Shown in pieces: positions 12,621-25,924 of a stretch of 64,000 nucleotides of DNA. The DNA is taken from contig JAYWIR010000033.1 in the NCBI GenBank assembly GCA_036172245.1, positions 558,001-622,000 of the forward strand. Reading direction: 5' to 3'. Origin of the DNA: Raillietiella orientalis. Lineage: Eukaryota. How positions within the stretch are numbered: the first letter of the stretch is position 1; each line of letters begins with the position of its first letter. The translations under genes and the position numbers were made by a program. Under the pieces are notes generated by a model. It was not told where the DNA came from. It searched no databases and worked only from the letters and a program-made list of their open reading frames with translations.

Positions 12621-15600
12621 GGTGCGCCAGAGTTCCCTGAACGCTCTCAGTACCAACTCAAAGTAGATACTGACGAGCAAGTGGCTCAGGCTGTCTCCTT
12701 GCCGGATCCCACGTCGCACCGGCACGCCGTGAGCAGTGTGCCCGCTAAAAGTTACATTGATTTGCGAATCGCGCCAGCTAGAGCGCAGATAGGACAATAA
12801 TGAAGCCGGGAAGCCCAAGCGTTCCAGAAGCTCCAGCAGGAGATTCTGGTCGACGCTGTCGAAGGCTTTACGCAAGTCGACAGCGACCGCAAGTGCTCCC
12901 TCCCCCATCCGACCATCCGCCACATGACTGACGGACTCACCGGAATTCCCGGTGCGCATCAAGCCCCTTTCGTGTTGGAGCCGTAGCCAGGTGGATGCGT
13001 GGAACAGGTTCGCCTCCATGCATCGCCCCGGAACAGCATACGTCTGTTCCGGGCTGATGAAGGCGTTTGCAACCCGTCCCAAGCGCTCAGCCCAAATCTG
13101 AGCTATCAACTTGGCATCTGCATTTACTATTGTGATGGGACGCCAGTTGTTCATGCTACTCAGATCTCCTCCCTTAGAAAGAAGTCGCACCTTTGCCGAA
13201 CGAAACGAGGCGGAAACGACACCTGTCTCGCGTATCAGCAAGGTGACTTGATGTACCAGAGGGGTTAGATCAGCCGCGAAAGTTTAATAAAACTCCGCGG
13301 ACAGGCCGTTCTCCCTTGAAGCCTTTCGCCTCTTGAGCTTTCCGATGGCCGAGATGATCTCGCCCATCGTGAAAGACTAGTCGAGGGACTTTTTCTCCTT
13401 TTCTCCGATCGCAGGAACGCCTTCCGGAAGCAGGATTCGTGAGAAATCCCGCTCGGGAGGCGTTCTTGCGTACAGGGAGGAGTAAAAACGCCGCAGCAGC
13501 CCGCGACTCTGAGCGGGTGCCGAATGCTCCTGGCCCTGATCGTCCAGCAAACTCGCCGATCCTGACTGCCAGGCTTGCCTCTCGGATCCCGCTTTGTATT
13601 CCGCCAGCCTGCGGATCCCGCTTTGTATTCCGCCAGCCTGCGGTTACGACAGGTCCTGTCGTAACCGCGAGTCTGCAGATAGGCTAGTTCGTTACGTACC
13701 CCTTCCCCAAATCCCGCAGGTAGGCGGTGCAGAGGGAACTGGTCGCAGAACTCCTGGACCGACCGTTTGCAGCGGTCCCAATCCTGAAGTGTCTGCATCT
13801 TAAAGCTCCGTATAAACGTGCGGAGATGTTCCGTCGCGTCCGGGAGCTTCTGCAGTTCCCTGGCAAACGCCACGCTGACGAGGAAGGGGCCCTGTCGCGC
13901 GGATGGATTTGAATCACGATTGGTCGATGTTCGGACAACTCGCACGGCAACTTGCAGCGACTGCCCACACGAGTACACAGGTGCTCGTCAAGGAACACGT
14001 GATCGATGTTGTCCTCCATCCCTGGTACACTGGCCAACAAATTACAAGTGTACACCGCCGCGCACACCTCGTTGACCAGGTCACGCTCGTGATTCGGCCC
14101 TTCCGGTTTCAGACGAACGTTAAAATCGCCTGCAACCAGATGGGCATTCCGCACGCCTGCCTCGGTCAACCAGTCGCGATGGAGGGCAAGAAAAAAATCT
14201 TTCCTGGCCCTCCTGTTCGTCAGGTCCGCTTCGCTTGGGGCGTAAACGTTCGTAACGATCAGGTCGATCGAGTCGATCCAACTGAGAGTCAGCTGGCCGA
14301 CACCACCGTGATCGTCGAAACGAACTCCACGGGCGGCGGCCTTGATGGCAAGCCGATGCAGGAAGGCGACACCACAACTTCTCGATGTTCCACACCGGAA
14401 CCACAACCGCCCTCCGTAGATGCGTTCGATATCCTGCGCTCGTACACTGCAGACGTATTTTCGCGTATATCCGCGCCAACGATCGGACAACTTTGTGCCT
14501 GCGTATTCGTTCGCACTTGTGTGTTCCTGTGCAATCTGCCAAGTAGCATAGTGGAACATGGCCAGTACGCAGGATAGTGTGGAGGAGCAAGCCACTGGAT
14601 GCACTTCAGCTGCACTAGAAGGGACCGCATCCTCCGTAATGGTTTCCTCGCCCTCGGTGAGGAGTTACGCCGCCGTTACCTCCCAAAGACCAGGACCCTG
14701 CGATGCGGAGTACCAGGCATATGTGTCATCAGGATACATGCCTGCACTCCGTTATAAGGTCAGTGGGCCCCTTAACGGGAGAATCGGTCGTGAGCTCAAT
14801 GATGAGCTTGTCCGGATCGGCGTTCGCGAGGAGGAACTCCTTGCCATAATGCCTGCTGGCAGGATGGAATATACGAAGATTCGGTGCAAGAACGCAGCAC
14901 TTGTGCAGCGCCTTCTCCGTACGCCGTTGACCATCAATGGCGAGGATGTCCTACCTACCGCGATAGACGACTCTTTTGTCGTTCAATTGTGCGACATCGA
15001 ACCGGAAATCTCCGACCGCGATGTCGTAAGTGTGCTGGCGAAGTTTGCCACCGTGCACGCTCTGTAAAGGAGGCCAAATCCTCTAAAGGATTTCCCCTCT
15101 GTCCACATTGGACAAGCGTCCGCGCAGATCACCGTCGCGAACAGGAGTGTTGTGCCTGAGCAGCTGCAGGTGAACGGCACGGTCGTTCACCTGTGGTTCA
15201 AAGGCCAGACTCGCGCGTGCGAGCAGTGCGGCAAGAAGGGGCACCGAACTAAGAAGTGCCCCTATCCAGGATGCCGCAATTGCAGAGATTCCGTGCACGA
15301 AATCAAAAAGTGCCCGGTACTTGCAAGAAAAAGAGCCGCAGCGGAAATTCGTCGGGTTCAAGAGACCACTGCACGAAAAGCCGCAGCGGCAAATAAAAAA
15401 CGTCGTCCGAAAAAACTCGCAAAAAACCACGAGCGATATGCGGATGAAAAGAAAGCATCCCCGCCCGCAACGCCCCGAAAAAGGAAAGTCACGGCGTGGA
15501 AGCCAATTAAAAAGGAGCGCGAGGGTTTGACGCGTGCCGTGCCTTCCCTCTCTGTCTAACTCGCAGGCACCTCTCCGAGCCAGGAACCAAAAAATCTCCG

Positions 15601-18600
15601 TAACACCCTGGAGGGAAAGGTAGGAAAACAAGAAGATCGCAACAGTGCGAAGACTTCTTGCCCCGTTCCGTTGTCCCTTCCAAGTTCCGGACAGCCCCAC
15701 TGCCGCGCAGGCCCCACTGCAAAGGCTACGAAAGCTGTAAAAAGCAGCGTCGAGACGAGCAAAAGCACTCTCCATGCATTCGTTCCATCGCCGACTCGGC
15801 AGGAGAGGAGCAATCTCCCGACTGTCGAGAAGGTGTCACCGTTGCCGCCTTTTAAAAACGTAGCGAAAGCAACGCCCTCAGAGAACGCAGCGAAAATCCC
15901 AAAGGTTTCCGCAACTACTGTCGCGGAAGCCTTTAAAAATCGCGTAGGGGAATGGAAGGTTGTGGAGAGGAGGAAAGAAAAATCTCCAAAAACACCTCTG
16001 CAACCTCCATTACTGAGCTCTTCCAAAGGAAAAAGCAGTCGCGGGAATACGAAAACACGTGCGGCTTGTGCCTCTTCCAAGGAAAAAGCCAGCGCCTTCA
16101 ACGCGTGCAAGTCCGCTTATGTGACCGCCAAGAACACCACTCCGGTGCAGTCGGACAGATGCAAGCGCACGTCGATCGTGCGAGCATGAGACTCCGCAAA
16201 GGAGTCAGATAGCGCCGCTGAACGACGCGTTACTCGCGCGGGTGCCAGCGCCCGCAGGGCTGAAGCCCTGAGGCGTGACACACTTGCCGCGGAACGGCGA
16301 GTGCTCACCCCGGAACCCACATGTTCTGCATCCGGGGAGGAGCACCCGATTACGTGCAGCACAGTTGAGGCCGGTGGCGAGCGCGCCCTTCAGCCCGTCG
16401 TGCTGCTTACTGCTCGCTCGCCGGGTGAGGCGAGCATTACTGCCTCGCTTTCTCAGCCGTGATGAGGGCAATCGCGTCTTCTCGTCGTGTTGCCGTAACG
16501 TCTTGGAACTTCAACGGGCTCCAACACGAGAAGAGGCGACTAGTGACTGACGCTCTGCCCGCCTTCGACTTGACGCTCCTGCAGGAGATTCACAGCATCT
16601 CCGGAGAGAAGGCTGCCGAAATCGAACGGCGCGCAGACGGAACGCTACTTTATAGGTGCGGCGTTGCACGAACGTGCGGCGTCCCTTTCCTCGTGCGAGG
16701 AACTTTGGCATGAGCGGTGCGCAGCTTTCGTTTCGTCACAGAAGGCCGAGTGGGACAGCTTGTACTCAAGTGGTCCTACTCGATCGACCTTGTCGTAACC
16801 AACGTGTACGCGCCGAGCGGTGCTGGACGATGGGCCGGAAGGATTGAGTTCTTCGGTACCCTTCAAAGCCAGTGGCTCACTCGATCTCACCCTACTGTGG
16901 CCCATCTCATTGCGGGGGACTTTAATGTCCACCTGCTTTCCGAGAATAGATCCCACAAAAGGGAAAAGTTTCTAGCGGAAGAGACGTGCGCGTCCGTGCA
17001 CGCGTGCAACTTGTTCGCTAGCGACCCTGTTATGGCATTAACGCCGGACCACGTATACCTTGATGAACACTTGCTCTGTCGATTGGGTCGGAGAGGTCCC
17101 GTGCCGTCCGTGCTTTCAGACCACAACAGGCTCGAGTTCGAGTTGCTCCCGCCAGGCAAGGGGCCTCCAAACTGTTTTTGGAGGATGCCGGCAGTCTGGC
17201 TAAGCCACCCGGAGGCGGCTGAGCATCTTCGCGAGTACCTCCTCGACTTTGCCATAAGTGAGCTCGAAGACTGGAACCATCTGAAAAGATCGGTCCGCGA
17301 GTTCTGCTGCCGGTTTCCTTGCACCAGCTTCCGCGCGGATTCGGAGAGGGCGTAGCCAACAGCAAAGATTTTCTGCAAGTTCGCACCTTTTCCAGGCGCG
17401 CGGACGTTGGTCGATTATCCGAGTACAAGGCCAAGGCCGAGCGCCAGGTCTGGCAGTCAGAAGCGACAGTTCTGCTCGACGACCAGGACCGGGAATACTC
17501 GGCTCCAGCCGACGTGCGACGGATAGTCAGGCGCTATTACTCTTCTCTGTATGCAGAGGCACCGACGGAACGCAGCTTCTCCCGGCTGCTTCTGCCGATT
17601 GATGCACCTGTTGTAGACGAGGAGGAACGCGCGCGTCTTGATGAGCCCTTCACGGCAGAGGAAATTTCTTCGGCCATCTCGGGGCTCAAGAGACGAAAAG
17701 CGCCAGGCAAAGATGGGCTCCCCGCGGAATTCTTTCATTGTTTTGCGGCGGAGCTCATCCCCCTGGTGCTCCAACTCTCGTCGCTGAGGCGAGACTCGGG
17801 CGATGTGCCCGCCTCGTTTCGCTCCGCGAAGGTGCGTCTACACCGAAAGGCGGAGATTTGCGCCAGCTGAACAACTGACGTCCGATCACATTAGTGAATT
17901 CGGACGTCAAGTTGTTCTCGAAACTTTGGGTGGCGTGGATGGGTAGGATCGCGGAATCCTTGGTAAGTCCGGAGCAGACGTACGCTGTTCCTGGGCGGTC
18001 CATCGACGCGAATCTCTTGTTTATCCACACATGGCTGCAATTGCAGCATCGTGTGGCGGTGGATCGTCGTAGGGAAGCGCCGCCTTCGATGTCTCACCGA
18101 CGGAGGCGCAGAACGCAAAGGGAGACACCGGCAGCCTTTGCGGTTGCAGTCGATCTCCACAAAGCTTTCGATTGCGTGAACCAAAAGCTTCTTCTTGAGC
18201 TTTTGGAACGTCTGGGTCTTCTGGCATTCCTGTTGGCGTACTTGCGCTCCTGCTGGCGCCACGCGATTACATCCATTGTTTTCAGTGGCTGTCGCGTGTA
18301 CGGCGTGCCGGTACGACGAGGAATCAGGCAGGGTGACAGCTTAAGCCCGCTGCTCTTCAGCATCTATTTTGAATTGGTGCTGGAGGCTTACCGGCTGACG
18401 CTAGCCAACCTGCCGAGCTCCTGTCCAGGTACGCCGGCCGTGGCAGCCTATGCCGACGACCTGCTCTTCCTGTTGCCCATGTCCACCCCGGCGACATCGC
18501 TTGAATTCTTCTTTGAGTTGATTCGTCGCGGTGCGGGCGTGAGCGTTAACAGCAGTAAGTGTATGGTTGTTCCGGTGGGTGCGACGTGCGAGGGGCAGTC

Positions 18601-21600
18601 CGACTGGATCGACCTGGAAATCCATGCGAACAGGTACCTCAGGTACCTTGGCGTGCCGTTGGGCGACTTCTGCATCTCAGAAGCGTGGTCGGATTGCCTT
18701 CGGAAGGCAGAGCGTGCACTTGCCCGTTTTCAGGAGGCGAGTTTGTCTTGCCGGAACGGGCCTGCATCTGGAACACCTTCGTTGCCCCCCTCCTCCGCCC
18801 CCTTTTTTTTGTTTGTCCACCCCCCCAGGAAGTCAAAGTCTGGGGGCAGCGCCTTCTACGCAAAGCGTTGTGGGGCGCTGCAAGATCCCGTGTTAGACTT
18901 AAAGACTTGGTGGCGCCTGGTCAGGATGCAGGCTTGGGCATCCTCGACTTAAACAGCATCGAACTGCAGGTGCAGTTTCGCATGCTGCGGCTCTGTGCCA
19001 ACCTGTGGTGGACGCCGTGGTGCTTAGCCGCACGCCTTATACTGAGGCGTTACACGGGAAGCGAAGGACTGCTTTTGTTGCTACCCCACATTCGGCACAG
19101 CAGAATAGGGTTTGGCTTCCCGCTGAGGCAGCTGTCCTCACTGCTGGAAGCCCAAAGCTGGATCTTCTGCCGCCTCATGAACATTAATGCATGGCGGCAG
19201 GAATCCTTTTCATCGTGGGCAGCTTCCGAAGGAACGCGCCCGGAAGATCTTCGATGCCTGCGACTTCTCCTCAGTCATCAAATGTACGAAATCATGCAGG
19301 ACAAGAAGTTGTCGGATCGTCTAGCCGCCACACCACTCGCCGCAGCGCTGTCTGCTTTCAGGGCAAGCAACGACGGTTGCCTACCGGCGGAATGGGAGTT
19401 CTCCTGTAAAATAGCGGGAGTCAGTAAGCTCCTCGGCAGCTGGACGATAAAGGAGCTGGTGCAAGCCGCCACACCTCGGAATCAAGCGAAGGACCTGCTT
19501 CGGTGGAGCGAACATTTAAGTGTGCCCCCCGGAGAGATAGTGGTTCCCCTGGTTTGTTTGGACAGCTCCGTGTTCCCTATTAAGTGGAAACAAGATGTGC
19601 TGCTCTTTTTACATTGTGCATTACACTTTAATAGGCAGCGAAGCATCGTTTCCGGGGGAGCTGCTTTGCCAAAATGTTTAAGGTGCGGAGAGATCGAGTC
19701 TTTTCCGCACCTTTTGCTGGACTGCGGTGACCTCCAAGAACTGTGGCGAAGCCTCACTTCGGCCATCATGCCACCAGGAGGCACTGCCATTGATGTGCTG
19801 CGGCGCTTCTTCAGCAGAAATGGACTTTCGGTTGGCGCGATTGTCGCAAACATGTGTTGCGTTCGCGCCATCGTGAAGGCCCGCTACGCCCTGGAGTTGT
19901 CATCGCAGCGAAGGGAGGCTCACCTGCTTGCAGCTCAATTCATGGAGAAGGCTTCAAGGTGGTCTCATCTTCGTGACAAGGTGAATGAGGACATCACCGG
20001 CATACATCGCCGGTTTACACACCTTTGAGAACGGCGTAATCCGGTGACCCCTGCGACCTCTCGCCCACCCATACCCCGTCCCCGTTCGCTCGGTAAAATT
20101 TCCGGTGCCCATGCTTTTATCCCCGTGTCTTCCAGAGCGATCCCAAAGACCCTTATCCCGTCCTCCTTATTCATTGTTTTTATTTTATTTTGGTTTCTTT
20201 GTGTTTCCCGCCCCCCACACCGTTCACAAAACTGTTACTATTGCCTGCGTGCCCGCAATATTCTCTTCATTCTTGTTCAGTCTTCGGTTGTGAGTTTGGT
20301 TCCCAACTGGTTTATTTTGTATAATTGCTTTTTTTGGTAATGTTATATGGAATAAACGCCTCGGCGTGACCGGGTGAGAAATCTCCTGCGCTTGTTCTGC
20401 AGAGATCACATGCATCTCCTGCAGCAGCACAAGGTTGTACGATCCCAGAATGACGGCCATGTCTCGTCTCCTGCCGGCGTCTGTCATGCCGTTCACGTTC
20501 CAAACGGCGATGAGCAGACGACGGCGGGAGGAGATTCCCGGCAATACTGTAGGGAAGATGACGGTGTGGGGGAACACGCCTCTTCCGAGACGGGTGAGAT
20601 GACCGTTAGGGTTTCAGCCTCCTCAGGCACCTTCGGTACCTTTCCGGCTTCAACCCGCTCCATCTCCTCCGTGTCTGTGCGTGGTGGTCTCTCGGGTGAC
20701 GATTCCCGGGATTCTCACACGCTCATGGCACCCTCGCAGTCGAAAGTCATCTCCAAGCCTTTGACCTGGAGAGGGGCTTTCCAAGGTTTGCTGGACTTCC
20801 TTCCAGCCTTCCCGCGGGGTGCCGCGGAGATGGAAACTTGGTTTCCGTCCTGCGCTTCGGGGTCGGAAGTTACCGACTCCTCGGTGGAGGCCGGACGCCT
20901 CACTGCCTTTTTGCCAGCCTTGCAGGGGTCTGGCTGCAATGATGCAGCCAGCTCCTCCGCCGCACGCTCGAAGGCGGCGTCATCGATCACGGTCTCGATG
21001 ACGGACGCTTCCGCCGGTTCGCTTCCTACGCTGTTGACATTTTCAACAGTGGGTTGCTCGTCGGTAGCAGCGATTTCTACCTTGCGGCGTTGGGCGGGGA
21101 CGCGTTCCACGACAACGCTGCATTCTTTTGAATTCTCGCTAACCTGCTGTTTTTTATTTTGGTAGGCGAGCTTTTTTTTGAATTCGTCGTTCTTTCTTCG
21201 ACTTTTTTTTCTTTTTCGCTGTGACTTCTTGCCATTCCGACACCTGGCCGCTTTTGTCGATCTTTCCGGCATTAGTTGCCGGGGTGTCGGCTGAGGCCTG
21301 GACAACGGGAGTGGGTGGCACAGCTTGAGCGGTAGCCTTCGCCACCAGTTTTTTCTGTAGCAGGCGCGCGCGTTTTTTTAGGTTCTTCGCGGAAACCACG
21401 CGCACAGCGGATTGTGGACACACTTCCTTCGTGTGGCCCATTGTCCCGCATACCAGGCACTGTACGTCGGGGCACCTCCTTTTGAGGTGTCCCGACGTGT
21501 TGCAGAAGCCACACTATTTGGGCTTCCCCACGTACCAGAAGTCGACGCTCTCTCCGCCGACCACCAGTTTGTGTGGAAGGGTAGAGCCCTCCCGAACGGT

Positions 21601-22352
21601 TACACGGGCAGCCGTGAGGCCGCACTCAACTGTGGTATAGTCCTCGAAAGACTAGGCTTGTTCCATACTGCATGCACCGTGCCTTCTTTTCCCAACGCGG
21701 CGCGTAACTGTTCGTTCCGCATCCCCGCGGTAACTCCTGAAAGGTGGACCACCATACTGTGGTCCGCCGTAACGGGAAGGAGCCTGCGTGTCCCCATTAC
21801 CACGGGGGTTTTAAGCAGACGTTGGGCCAGATCTGCATGTTAGCAGATCATCTCTACGTTCTGCCTTCCGCTACGAATGGTCATAGCGCAGAGCTCCTCC
21901 TCTTCAACATCGAGAGCGCGCATCCCCTTTGAAAAGGCGCGCGCACTCTCAGAAGAATACAAATTTCCTACCTTGTAGAATAGTGATGGGTTATACCCCT
22001 CTTCCACATAGGCAGATAATTCCGCCGCGGCTGCAGGCGATGGGGCCGACACGACGGCGCTCCACGCCCGCACTGCAGCGGGGACCGATTTTGTGATGGC
22101 GGACGCCCCCACCTCCTTCGCCACTTTAGGCGACGTTGCCGCCGCCTCCTGGCATTCCACCTTCTCTAGAGGCGACGTTGCCGCCGCCACCTGGCACTCC
22201 ATTTCCTCAGGAGGCCACGTTGCCACCGCCCCCTGACACGCAGTGATGGTCGTGTCAGGCATTGCTGCCTGATCGACCACCACCACACACGAAGCCTACA
22301 CCTAAGGACGGTTCCCGGCAGGAGGAGCACCGAGGAAACACGTCCGCTCTAG
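12621..22352 (-). mobile_element. Family B-like LINE (ORF1 ~22260-20560; endonuclease split at 20381/14440; RT to 12621) hosting the family C insertion
   Basis: Endonuclease reads VWNVNG..LQEMHVISAEQAQEI and resumes AQDIERIYGGRL at 14440; RT VDLRKAFD..GIRQGDSLS in ORF 12606-13241. Confidence 0.8.
14441..20380 (+). mobile_element. Full-length (~5.9 kb) family C L1/Tx1-like LINE with 12-bp TSD; ORFs disrupted
   Basis: ORF1 from 14558 (MASTQDSVEE; CEQCGKKGHRTKKC); ORF2 SWNFNG, NVYAP, GDFN, SDH, YADD, CLRCGEIESFPHLLLDC; ATATCCTGCGCT 14429-14440 vs ATCTCCTGCGCT 20381-20392. Confidence 0.88.
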
Positions 22353-22359
22353 CCGACGT

Positions 22360-25300
22360 AAAGCTTATGGAGGTCGACTGCGATCGCTAAGGCCCTTTCT
22401 CCCGCATGAGGGTCCCTACCCTGTCCCACTGGCGGCACCAAGGTAGGGTTGCAAATTCTTCCTTTCCCTTCTTTCTTACTCCGCTGCGCGTGCATCCATG
22501 TGCTCGCGAAGAAGAGGTTGTCCTCCATACTTCGCCCGGGAACAGCGTAATTCTGCTCCGGGCTAATTATGGTATTGGAGACCTGCTTCAATCGCGACTT
22601 TCACAGCCCGGGAATCACCTTGGCGTCCGTGTTCACAATCGTGATCGGACGCCAGTTGCAAAGTTTCCTGAGGTCTCCTCCCTTCGGGAGGAGCCTCACC
22701 CTGGCTGACAGAAACGAGGCGGGAACATCGCCGTCGTCTCGGATTCGCCTTGTCAACTCGAGCACCAGGGGGGCCAGCTCTTTCGCGGAACTCTGAAAGA
22801 ACTCCGCGGGCAAGCCGTCTTCCCATGGAGCTTTACGCCTCTTGAGCCTTTTGATACCGGCGAGAATTTCACCGGTCGTGAAAGGCTCATCGAGGCTTTC
22901 TCTCTCCTCCTTTCCTATCGCCACGAAACCACTCATGTGCATTCGCCACGAATCGTATTGTTTGGGTGGTGTTTTGGCGTAAAGGGAGGAATGAAAACAC
23001 CGCACGAGATTCCGTACCGCAGACAAAGACGAACGTTCCCGGCCCAGGTCATCCAGCATGCTGGCTGACCCGGATTGCCAGGCTTGTCGCTCGGCTCCAG
23101 CGCGGTATTCGGCCAGGCGACGGACATTGAGGTTCCTCACGTGACGACACGCGTGCAAATACGCGCGTTTGTTGCGAGTCTCTTCGCCGAATCCCCGAGG
23201 CACACGTTGCACAGGGAACTGTTTGCAGAACTCCCGGACCGAGTCCTTAAATAGGTCCCGATCCGCGTAACTCTAAAGGGTAACGCCTCGCAGGAATTCG
23301 CGAAGATGTTCTTTCGCTCCTGACAGGCGCGTCCAGTCCTCTGGCATACGCCGATCCCTAAATGGCGGTCCCTTGTCGCGCGGGCGCATCTCGAATAATA
23401 ACTGGGAATGGTCCGACAGCGTCGATCCAATTGTCCCTCGTTTTCCAACACGTGTGCACGAGTCTTCGTCGAGGAAGACGTGGTCCACGCTGCTGACCAT
23501 CCCGCTTATTTCTGTCAACAAGTTGCGCGCGCGCATGGCGGCGCACAACTCGTAAATCGCGTTTCCCTGTGCTCCGGCCTGATCTGAGAGCAGATGGACG
23601 TTGAAATCCCCTGCTATCAGATGCCTTTTTCGCACGTCCGCGTCCACCAGCCATTCGCGCTTCAAGGTTTTCAGTAACGCGTTGCGCGTCTGGTATCCCT
23701 GTTTACCGTTAGGAGCGTACACATTGGTGACGATGAATTCGATCAAATCGGACCATCTGAGAGTCAGTTCGCCGATCCGTCCGTCGTCCCCAAAGCGCAC
23801 GCCCTTCACAGACGCGTTGATGGCTGGCTTTGGGTAGAACGCGACCCCACAAGTGTTGCGGCCGCCGCATTGCCAGTACAACCGCCCTACCGCGATCGTT
23901 TCGATCTTCTGGGCGTCTTTTGCGGGGATTACGTGGATCTCCTGCAAAAGCACCAGGTCGAAATCTCGCAAGGTGGCGGCTGTATCTCGTCTGTTTCCGT
24001 CGACGCGCAGCCCGTTAACATTCCAACTGGCCGCGCGGATCCGAAGGCGACGGGCGAGTCCAGGTGTTATTCCTGGGAACCTGGCCGTGGTGCTCTTTTC
24101 ACCTTTCGGGGCGGGTCGCTGGACGGAGTTGGCGTCTTGCCCATCAACTCCCCCTCCTTCTTACGTGCCTACGTCTCCGGCTGTTCGTGCGAACGGGGAG
24201 TTGTTCGTACCTGTTGGCCCACATCCATTAGTACGGGTGGTTCAGGTTCGGCGGTTTCAGAGGGCATTGCTGATCTCTGGTCACCCTCCTCCATTGAGGT
24301 CGCCTCCTTGTCGGCTTACGAACGTGGGTAATGCCCGACTTGGGCTTTCACGCTGCTATCCACTGGTTCCTCCACCATTGCATCTCCCTCGCGCGAAGGC
24401 TGAATGCACCTTCGGGGTTTCTGGGATTTTCGCCCCGCTTTCCTTGGTGGTGCTTCCGCAGAGAAGGATGCACTTCCGGCCTCCCAGTCCGACTCACCTG
24501 CAGGGGCCACATTAGCCGCTGCCGGCCTACGCAACCCCTTTCGCGAAGGGTTCTCGCGTTCGGCAAGCGTTGCCGCAAGCTCCTCGGCGGCCTTCTCGAA
24601 GGCTGCGTCCTTGGTTTCGGCGATTTTGTCGTCCGGCTGACCCTCTTCGCAAGCAGATGGCTGGTTTTCGCGCGCATTCGTCGCGGCGGGAAAATCGATC
24701 GAAGCCGTATCGCCTCCGGTGGTGTCGGCGGGAACCTCAATGCGCTCCAGCGTAACCGTGCATTCTCGGAGAGTTCTTACGCGCGACACGGTTTGAGCTT
24801 TTGTTCCGGCCGCCGCCTTCTCTCCTTTCTTCGGGACATGCTTTTCCTTTTTCTCTTTTTTGGCTTTGACTAGCTGCCAGCCCTGTTCTCCCTCTGCGGT
24901 TTCGGGGAGATTTTTCTCCGATGCCGCGCTTGGAGCTTGGGTTATTGGCAGCTTTTCGCGGCCAGTTTCACGGTTTTCCAATTTTTCTTTCCCCGCGCGT
25001 TTCCCTTGCGCCTTTTTGGCGGCCGAGGAAATTGGGGTAGGGCGTTTAGGGCACACGCGACGGACGTGTCCCTTCTCCCCGCACAAGTAAAATACGATGT
25101 TTGGGCACCTATTACGGATGTGTCCGACCGCATTGCAGTAGCCGCAATACCGTGGCTTTCCCGCATACCAAAGGTCTACCGGTTCTCCCGCGACCTCAAG
25201 TTTGTGGGGTAGCTTCGCTTCGTCTTTTGAAGTTACGCGTGCCGCGGCGAGGCCCCCGAATTTGCGTTGTAGCCCTCAAAGATAGTGGGCTTCGGCCACA

Positions 25301-25915
25301 GCGCCTGTACGTCCCCGTACTTACTTAATTCTTCTTTTACGGCAGTGCGCGTCCTGCGCTTGGATATTCCTGTCAAGTGGACCACTATTAAGTGGTCCAT
25401 TGACACCGGGATGATTTTACGGCCGTTATGATCAGCGGAATATTTATAAGGCGGTCGGCTAGGCTGAGCTGTTGCACACCAGCTCAACTAGCTGCGCCCT
25501 GCTGAGAACGCACTGACCTTCCAGATCTTCCTCACGGACATTAGCATTTTGAAGCGCTCTGCTGAAAGAGCGCGCCGTGTTTCCTTCAAACAAAGGGCCT
25601 ACCTTGTATACAAGCGATGGCTTCTATTCAGAGGTTCGATAGGCGGCTTCCTCGGCCATGGCCTCCGCACTGGGGGCGGCGACCATTTCACTCCTAGTCT
25701 TCGCCGGCTGCGAAGACTTTCCAGGGACTATTGCCCGCATAGCTGTAGGTGTTGTGGAAGGACTTGCCTCCTGCACAACTACCTCCATCGCGGTGTCCTC
25801 TTTCACGGCTGCCATCGGACACCGACGACCCACAATTTACACCTGACTACACTTGAAACTCCGGTTGCTTCCCAGACAAGCGCTGGCGGAGCGACCAAAA
25901 GACACGTCCACCCAC
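22360..25915 (-). mobile_element. Family A LINE: 5' end, ORF1, endonuclease, RT N-half (truncated at VDLHK)
   Basis: ORFs 24316-25086, 23273-23971, 22601-23212, 22349-22591. Confidence 0.82.
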
Positions 25916-25924
25916 ATCGGTTTT

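Noticed and set aside
13583..13640. 29-bp tandem duplication CGGATCCCGCTTTGTATTCCGCCAGCCTG
   Set aside because: Local slippage-type mutation in a dead ORF2.
22125..22205. 42-bp tandem repeat in ORF1 (ECQ.AAATSP twice)
   Set aside because: Ordinary low-complexity expansion in an ORF1 N-terminus.
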